Origin: Fibrobacteria bacterium
Lineage (GTDB): Bacteria; Fibrobacterota; Fibrobacteria; UBA5070
Assembly (NCBI GenBank): GCA_020633825.1
Contig: JACKCV010000003.1
Span: 241,167-305,166 of the forward strand
Reading direction: 5' to 3'
DNA length: 64,000 bases
Positions 58,056 to 64,000 of this stretch are shown here, piece by piece. A program made the position numbers and the translations under genes. The notes under the pieces were generated by a model. That model was not told where the DNA came from and ran no database searches. It was given only the letters and a program-made list of their open reading frames with translations. Position 1 is the first letter of the stretch; each line of letters opens with the position of its first letter.

Positions 58056-58997
58056 TCAGATCAGTTCGGCGACATCGGTGAGGTCGACCGTGTAGATGCC
58101 GGGGATGGAAACCTCGACCACGACGACCCCGTCCTGCGGGATGGTCTCCGTGGCGGCGGCTCCGTCGGGCGCGGTGATGGGAATGCTCTTCCCCTCGAAG
58201 GGACCGGCGAAATTCTCGCGGCTCCAGAACCGGAGGACCATCTTCTGCCGGATGGCGATGCTCGGCGCGTCGGCCTCGACTCCCAGGCATCCCACCGTGG
58301 CGTACACCATGGGGTTGCGGTAGGTCATCTGGAGCCGCTGGGCTTCCTCGGCCGACGGGATGCCCGCCGACCGGGGACCGAAGTCGAGTCGGAACTTGGC
58401 CTCGGCGACTCCGTTCTGGACCGTGCAACGCCCCTTCTGGACCCGGTGCACGCGTCCCTTCTCGTCCTGCTCGCACAGGGTCCACACGACGTGCCGCCGC
58501 GGGGGGATGTTCGCCACCTTGGCCTGGATCCGGTATTCCATCCCGTCGTCGAGAAGTTCGGGGACGGTGTCCTCGGTGGCGGACAGGATCTTCGCTTCGG
58601 TGATCCGCGGGGGTGTCTCGACACGCAGAACCGCCGATCTCGCCGACAGTCCGTGATCGGGGAGTTCGACCTCGAACGAGAGGGGCCCCTCGATGTCCGC
58701 GGGGACCAGGAAGGTCTGTCGGTGCATTCCCTGCACGATGCGGCCCTGGGATTTGCCGACCGTCGATCCCCCGCCGTCGCGGAAGGTGAACCGGATGTCG
58801 GACTGGTCCCGGACGAATTGCGTCTGGACGGTGAAGGTGACCGGTTTTCCCGGATGGGCCAACGCCGAATCCCAGAAAACCGAAGCGATCCGGGAATCGA
58901 GGGAAATTTCCAAGGTCTGGCCGGTTTTTCCCGAGAATTTGGTATTCACTGGAAGCGATCCTGGTCGGTGGAGGGCGGGAGGATGTCGGAATCGCAC
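58056..58997 (-). CDS. Hypothetical protein (313 aa), first gene of the MPP operon
   Basis: Normal amino-acid composition; ends 8 nt before the MPP gene start. GTG start at 58997 or the internal GTG at about 58946. Confidence 0.45.
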   Translation of the reverse strand: MRFRHPPALHRPGSLPVNTKFSGKTGQTLEISLDSRIASVFWDSALAHPGKPVTFTVQTQFVRDQSDIRFTFRDGGGSTVGKSQGRIVQGMHRQTFLVPADIEGPLSFEVELPDHGLSARSAVLRVETPPRITEAKILSATEDTVPELLDDGMEYRIQAKVANIPPRRHVVWTLCEQDEKGRVHRVQKGRCTVQNGVAEAKFRLDFGPRSAGIPSAEEAQRLQMTYRNPMVYATVGCLGVEADAPSIAIRQKMVLRFWSRENFAGPFEGKSIPITAPDGAAATETIPQDGVVVVEVSIPGIYTVDLTDVAELI

Positions 58998-59089
58998 GAC
59001 GTCGGTCGGAATCCGGTACCTGGAAACCTACTTTCTCCCACGTTCCCTTTCCGCGCAGAACATGGTCGGCGGTCCTTGGAGGAGTCAGG

Positions 59090-60064
59090 ATGGCAGGAAA
59101 ACCAGCAGCGAGGCTCGGCGACCCCACCGCCCACGGAGGTGCGATCACCGGTCCGGGCATTCCCACCGTGATGATCGGGAAGATGCCCGCGGCGACCATG
59201 GGGGACATGCATGTCTGTCCGATGGTGACTCCCGGCACTCCTCCCATCCCCCACGTCGGCGGCCCCATCACCCTGGGCTCCACCGGCGTGCTCATCGGCA
59301 AGAAACCCGCCGCCCGCATGGGCGACATGGCGGTGTGCGTCGGACCTCCGTCGTCGGTCATCATGGGCTGCCCCACCGTGATGATCGGGGAGGCCGGAAG
59401 CGGATCGCAGGCCGGAAGCGCGGGATCGGCTGCCGCGGCGGCTTCGGCATCCGTGAAGAGTCCCAAGACCCTCAGCCCGATCGAACCTCCTCCCCGGCGA
59501 GAGGCCGAAGTCCTGGACATCAGCGACATCGTCGTGATCGTCAAGGACTCCTCCGGCAAACCCTTCGCCGGTGCCGATTTCCTCCTGGAGGATCCCGACG
59601 GCGTCCGCCACCTGGTCGCGACCGGAAGCGACGGATCGTTCCGCCGCACGGGCCCCTGGAAGGCGGGGAAGGGCTTCAAGGCCAATTTCCGTTCGCTCTC
59701 CGAAGCCAAGTTCGGGAAGACGGAACTGGCCGACGGCGAGGAGACCCCGCTGCAGGCCAAGGCCGACGGGTTCGCGGCCGGCGCGGACGCGTCCTTCCGT
59801 CTGACCGTGCAATCCCTGTCGGGAAGGACCGACCTCGCGTCCATCCCCGCCAACGTCCAAGGCGACAAGCTCGAAGGACGCTGGACCTACCGGCAGGAGC
59901 AGATGATCGAGATCCTCGGCCGGGAGAACGTCCCGCTCGACACCGACATCGAGATCGGCCTGACCGTCGTCTGCGGGTTCGAAGCCTGCGTGGCCCCGAC
60001 TCCCTGCGTGGTCAAGGTCGCTCCTCCCGAGCCGGTCGAGGTCCGCAAGATCCGGTCGGCCTGA
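59090..60064 (+). CDS. PAAR-domain protein with ~220-aa C-terminal extension
   Basis: KPAARLGDPTAHGGAI...GKMPAATMGDMHVCP...GKKPAARMGDMAVC, three PAAR motifs. The C-terminal 220 aa have no recognisable motif. Confidence 0.8.
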   Translation: MAGKPAARLGDPTAHGGAITGPGIPTVMIGKMPAATMGDMHVCPMVTPGTPPIPHVGGPITLGSTGVLIGKKPAARMGDMAVCVGPPSSVIMGCPTVMIGEAGSGSQAGSAGSAAAAASASVKSPKTLSPIEPPPRREAEVLDISDIVVIVKDSSGKPFAGADFLLEDPDGVRHLVATGSDGSFRRTGPWKAGKGFKANFRSLSEAKFGKTELADGEETPLQAKADGFAAGADASFRLTVQSLSGRTDLASIPANVQGDKLEGRWTYRQEQMIEILGRENVPLDTDIEIGLTVVCGFEACVAPTPCVVKVAPPEPVEVRKIRSA

Positions 60065-60220
60065 GGCCCGAGCCGGCGCCCCCTCCCTGATCGGAAGTGG
60101 TCCTCGGAGTCCTTTTCCGCCCTCATCGCGGTCCTCGCCTCCGGATGTTCCCAGGGGAGGGCGTGTCATTTCTGCGTCACCGCGCGGGCGCCCGCATTCG
60201 CCTCCGGTATTTTCCTTCCC

Positions 60221-63200
60221 GTGCACCCCATCACATTCCTCCTCACGGCACTCCTTCCGTCCCTCCCGGCCTTTTCCGCTCTCGAGATCGAGGAGGATTC
60301 GCCCTCCCGTTGGGCGGCCCGCTTCTCCCTTGGCCAATGGACCTGCGACTCCTCCTCGAACGAACGGCGGATCGACTCGAGATCCCATCCCACCCATGCT
60401 CAACCTGGTGGGCTGGTGGTCCCCGTCGCCGCGGCCACGCTGGCCCTGCCTCCCCGGGGAAATTGGAAGATCCGGGTGCGCAGGGACTCGATCATCCTCG
60501 TTCCCGGATCGCAATGGCAGCGCTTGCGTGGATTCCAGGGGGATTTCGGGGACCCGGTCCAAGTTCCGTCACGCGAGATCACCCCATGGACGGAGGTCGC
60601 GACCGCGCAAGGAAAGGAGTTGCGACTCTCGATCCCGTGGGCGGTTCCCGGAAGCATGGGCCTGGATCTCGCCACCTTCCTCTTCGTGGAGGTGGAATTC
60701 GACGGAACGGGAACGGCTCCCCTGGCCCCCTCGGTGAAACGCCGCGTGGAAAACCCCTCGGGGGCCGCGGGCTTCGGAGTTTCGGGAACGATCGGTGGAG
60801 GAAGGACCTCCGGCTCCGAGGCCTCTCTCCTGCCGGAGGGGAACCAGGTGCTGGTCGTGGAGGTCACGACACCGGAGCCGGGAGACATCAGCCACGATGG
60901 AACGGTTCGGCTTACCGGGGCCCGGATTCGATCCATCCTGGGATCCTTCAACGGGGTGGACTTTTCACGGGTGGCGGTGGCGGCGGGATTCTCCGGCCCG
61001 ATACCCCTGGAAATGGGGCCCGAACTTCCCCTCGCAGGCCCTCGTCCCATCCCCATCCGTCGCATCGATCGAAACCGCGACGGCGCCTTCGACGACGAGG
61101 ATGCCATCGAATTCCATGCCCACGGCTCCACGACCTGGACGGACGACTCCCTTCTCTCTCCCGGTGTGTTCTCGCTGTCCGTCCATCCCTGGGATCGGAC
61201 GCGACGTTATCTGGTCCGGTTGGACGCCGCCGAGCCATCCCCGGAGATGGGAGTCGGATCGATACCCGTGGCACCGGTCCCCCAGGCATCGACCCGACGT
61301 CCGGTCTGGGCGGGGCGGCACAAGCTGTTGCACGAGCAAGCCTTCAAGCTGGAATCCATGGACCTGGAATCGGGAGTTTCCTGGATGTGGCATTGGGTGG
61401 ATTCCAAACCACTCGGCCCGGCGGACCTGCGCCACCCGGCAAGCACCGATCTGCCAGGACTCGCCGACTCCATCGGCCGGGTCGTCGTGCGCACCGTCTC
61501 GACGCCCCCCTCCGACGACGCCCCCATCACCGCCAACGGACGTGCATCGTCCTTCGAGGCTTCCCGGGAATTCCGATCCCTCTGGCACGTCGGCGGCCTG
61601 CGCGCGAAGGACAATTCCTGGACGTGGCACCACCGAGCCGGAGAGACAGGGTTCGAAAGCTACACCATCCACTACGCATTCCGCCCTTCGCCCGGATCCG
61701 AGATCGCCTTCCCGGCCCCCGGGCCCGGGGCATTCTCCATGAAGATCGGCGGAGCCTCCTCCGCAGATTCGTTTCTGGTCACCGAAGACGGGATCGGACG
61801 CCGGGTGGTCGGGCTGCACGAAGGCTTCCTGGTGGATTCCGCCCGGATGCGCAATACCTGGTACCATCCGCTCGGGAGACTCGCCCAGGCCAAGGTCTCC
61901 AAATGGACTCCCCCGACGGGGAAGCGGGTGCTCGCTCCTTCCCGCTTCCGCGAAGCCCTGCACGTCGAAATGCTCGTGGTCTCACCGGATTCGTTCCTGG
62001 ACCTCGCCACCACCTATGCGGAATTCCGCTCGGATCCCCGCCGGATCCGGCCCATGGAGACCATGGTGGTCCGGGCCGACGACGTGTGGGAACTCCTGGG
62101 AGGCGGCAGCCAGGACCCGCTCGCGCTCCGGGATCTGTTCCGGCTGGCTCGGGCCCGTTGGGGCACGTCCCACGCGCTTCTGCTCGGCGGAGGGCACTTC
62201 GACCCTCGAGGACTGTCGGGAGCCCCTCCCGCGCCCTTGCCGGTGTGGGAGGACGGGAACGTCTCGACGGATGCCGTCCTCTCCTACCTCGACCCGGGGG
62301 AGATCGCACGCGATCGGAGGAAGACCTCCGACATCGCACTCGGCCGCATTCCCGCCCGTTCCCGCAAGGAGGTCACCGCATGGCTTGACAAGATCCGTCG
62401 CTGGGAGGATCCGGAGATCGCGGTGGGCGGCCCTTGGCGGAACACCTTCCTGGCCACGGCCGACGACCAGGAGCGTCCCACCAACGGAGGAAGCACGGAG
62501 TCCTCGGAGCACACCCGGCATACGGAGGAGATCCTGCGGGCTGCCGCCGGCACGCGCGCCTGGCTGCAATCGAAGAAGGTCTACGAGGTCGAGTATCCGA
62601 TGAACGCCATCCGGGAAAAGCCGGACGCGCAGCGCGCCTTGCTCGATCAACTCAACCGGGGGGTCGCGGCCATGATCTACCTGGGACATGGCGGATACGA
62701 TGTTCTTTCCGATGAACGCCTCCTCGACACGCGCTCCGCGCTCCTGGGTCTGAACAACACGGCCTTTCCTTTCCTGTTCTTCGCGGGCTCCTGCACCGTC
62801 GGTCGCAACGACCTCGGACGTCAACGCGGACTGTCGGAATCCCTGGTCACCGCCGAGGGCAAGGGAGCTGTCGCAGCCGTCTCGGGGACCCGCGCGACCT
62901 TTTCCGAGGGGAATGTCCTGTTCGGGCAAGCGTTCTGGAGGTACGCTCTGCGATCCACGCCGACCGGAGGCCCCAGGACGCTGGGGGAGGCCTTCCAGGA
63001 CGCCCTGAACAACTCCGCGAGCGACGTCCTCTATTCCAACAACGCCATGTACAACCTCCTGGGCGACCCGGGCATGATCCCGTTTCCGGCGGGGAACCCG
63101 CTGGACCTCCGGACTCCCCTCGACACGTTGGCCGCATTGGATGTCCGCGTCCTCTCCGGCCACACCCGCGGACAGGTGCGATTGGACCTCCGGACCAGAC

Positions 63201-64000
63201 CCATCCCTCGATTCTCCACCTACACCATCGGATCCACGCCCCATGTCATCCCCTACACGCTCCCGGGAAGATCCATCGTCTCCCTGAGTGCCCAGGGCCG
63301 CGACGGCAAATACGAGGCTCGTCTGCTCACCCCGGCCCGAATCCCCTTCGGGGATACCGTGGAACTCCACGTGTATGCCTGGGATCCCCGGACGTTGAGG
63401 GACAGCGCCGTGATGGTTTCGAACGTGATCCTCGCCGGTGTGGGAGGCCGGGCTCCGAACGATCACGAGGGCCCTTCGATCCGCATCCTTCCCTGCGACT
63501 CCTCCTGGTCCGGGGGAATCCCTTTCGGGAAGGCCGCGGAAATTCCGGTGCCGTTCTGCCTGAGCATCGTCATGGAAGACTCCTCCGGAATCAGCGTTTC
63601 GGATGATCCCGACGATGGCGTACTTCTTTCCGTACCCGGATCGATTCAACCCTGGCACCCGGCCGGGATCGAGCAAGGAGGAAATTTCTCCCGGGCAGTC
63701 ACGCAATTCTCCCTCGACCCTCGCACCTTCAAACCTGGGCGAACCTACCCATTGAGGGTCTTCGCCCGGGATCTCATGGGGAACGCTTCCTCGGCTTCCC
63801 TGGAACTGCACACCCGCGCTCCCGGGGAGATCGGTCTCTACGAGGTCTTCAACCGGCCCAATCCGGTGAAGGGGGACCTCACCACATTCCATTTCAAGCT
63901 GCTCGCGGAAAGCGATTCCAACGGAATCGTTCCCCAGACCCTCCAAGCCTCCATCCGGATCCACACATTGTCGGGCAAGCTCGTGAGAACCCTGCGGACC
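60221..64000 (+). CDS. Partial (3' end beyond window) large secreted peptidase C25 family protein (gingipain/PorU-like) with T9SS C-terminal sorting domain
   Basis: Not in the ORF track. Frame with codon starts congruent to 2 mod 3 is open from at least 60077 to the window end, with good GC3. GTG 60221 gives signal HPITFLLTALLPSLPAFSA. C25-like region EMLVVSPDSFLDLATTYAEFR...ALLLGGGHFDP...IYLGHGGYDV...FLFFAGSCTVG. Final 60 aa NRPNPVKGDLTTFHFKLL...ASIRIHTLSGKLVRTL match the T9SS type-A CTD. Confidence 0.75.
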   Translation, partial: MHPITFLLTALLPSLPAFSALEIEEDSPSRWAARFSLGQWTCDSSSNERRIDSRSHPTHAQPGGLVVPVAAATLALPPRGNWKIRVRRDSIILVPGSQWQRLRGFQGDFGDPVQVPSREITPWTEVATAQGKELRLSIPWAVPGSMGLDLATFLFVEVEFDGTGTAPLAPSVKRRVENPSGAAGFGVSGTIGGGRTSGSEASLLPEGNQVLVVEVTTPEPGDISHDGTVRLTGARIRSILGSFNGVDFSRVAVAAGFSGPIPLEMGPELPLAGPRPIPIRRIDRNRDGAFDDEDAIEFHAHGSTTWTDDSLLSPGVFSLSVHPWDRTRRYLVRLDAAEPSPEMGVGSIPVAPVPQASTRRPVWAGRHKLLHEQAFKLESMDLESGVSWMWHWVDSKPLGPADLRHPASTDLPGLADSIGRVVVRTVSTPPSDDAPITANGRASSFEASREFRSLWHVGGLRAKDNSWTWHHRAGETGFESYTIHYAFRPSPGSEIAFPAPGPGAFSMKIGGASSADSFLVTEDGIGRRVVGLHEGFLVDSARMRNTWYHPLGRLAQAKVSKWTPPTGKRVLAPSRFREALHVEMLVVSPDSFLDLATTYAEFRSDPRRIRPMETMVVRADDVWELLGGGSQDPLALRDLFRLARARWGTSHALLLGGGHFDPRGLSGAPPAPLPVWEDGNVSTDAVLSYLDPGEIARDRRKTSDIALGRIPARSRKEVTAWLDKIRRWEDPEIAVGGPWRNTFLATADDQERPTNGGSTESSEHTRHTEEILRAAAGTRAWLQSKKVYEVEYPMNAIREKPDAQRALLDQLNRGVAAMIYLGHGGYDVLSDERLLDTRSALLGLNNTAFPFLFFAGSCTVGRNDLGRQRGLSESLVTAEGKGAVAAVSGTRATFSEGNVLFGQAFWRYALRSTPTGGPRTLGEAFQDALNNSASDVLYSNNAMYNLLGDPGMIPFPAGNPLDLRTPLDTLAALDVRVLSGHTRGQVRLDLRTRPIPRFSTYTIGSTPHVIPYTLPGRSIVSLSAQGRDGKYEARLLTPARIPFGDTVELHVYAWDPRTLRDSAVMVSNVILAGVGGRAPNDHEGPSIRILPCDSSWSGGIPFGKAAEIPVPFCLSIVMEDSSGISVSDDPDDGVLLSVPGSIQPWHPAGIEQGGNFSRAVTQFSLDPRTFKPGRTYPLRVFARDLMGNASSASLELHTRAPGEIGLYEVFNRPNPVKGDLTTFHFKLLAESDSNGIVPQTLQASIRIHTLSGKLVRTLRT

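Noticed and set aside
60097-63964. 763-aa plus ORF (60097..62388) and 660-aa minus ORF (61982..63964)
   Set aside because: Both overlap the open, GC3-biased, motif-rich third frame encoding the C25/T9SS-CTD protein; their translations are R/P/G-rich.

Overview
This 64 kb window is high-GC (roughly 68%) bacterial chromosome, densely coding on both strands with many 1-4 nt start/stop overlaps. The six-frame track over-extends badly, so most long ORFs are spurious N-terminal extensions or antisense frames; genes were re-delimited by protein recognition, third-position GC and SD/start context.

Recognisable content, in order:
- 1-9.3 kb: a minus-strand surface-glycan-like operon (DUF2723/TPR, GT4, UPF0104 flippase-like, GT2, prepilin peptidase, FapA-like), running into a partial RNase-H-like exonuclease gene at the left edge.
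- 9.4-12.1 kb: nusB-ribH-ribBA-ribE.
- 12.1-15.1 kb: an outer-membrane beta-barrel candidate and a Ser/Thr kinase.
- 15.3-19.6 kb and 45.1-46.6 kb: three lipoproteins with the Fibrobacter-succinogenes major paralogous domain, plus an MBL hydrolase.
- 19.6-21.2 kb: a secreted beta-helix protein.
- 21.3-27.0 kb: an NrtR-controlled NAD salvage cluster (nrtR | pncA-pncB-nadE-nadM) with a duplicated operator-like motif.
- 27.0-30.1 kb: photolyase and aspartase.
- 30.3-38.0 kb: an NfeD(YqiJ)-flotillin(YqiK) pair operonic with a 1624-aa AAA+ ATPase.
- 38.0-42.1 kb: two small secreted proteins and a large glycoside hydrolase.
- 42.5-44.8 kb: amt co-transcribed with a Ser/Thr kinase behind a sigma54-like promoter.
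- 46.8-47.7 kb: a 142-bp-period hairpin tandem repeat array next to tmRNA (ssrA, tag GEETYSYALAA), which the ORF track mistranslated.
- 47.9-51.4 kb: MltD-like LysM transglycosylase and SppA.
- 51.6-60.1 kb: a T6SS/eCIS-cargo-like module (2x DUF2169, pentapeptide-repeat lipoprotein, 995-aa metallophosphoesterase, PAAR protein with a C-terminal extension).
- 60.2-64.0 kb: a large C25 (gingipain/PorU-like) peptidase ending in a type-IX-secretion C-terminal sorting domain, running off the right edge; it is absent from the ORF track.

The T9SS sorting domain, FSM-domain paralogs and DUF2723 suggest an FCB-superphylum-like organism; that is inference, not a search result. The most novel-looking candidates are the flotillin-NfeD-giant-ATPase operon and the PAAR/DUF2169 module.
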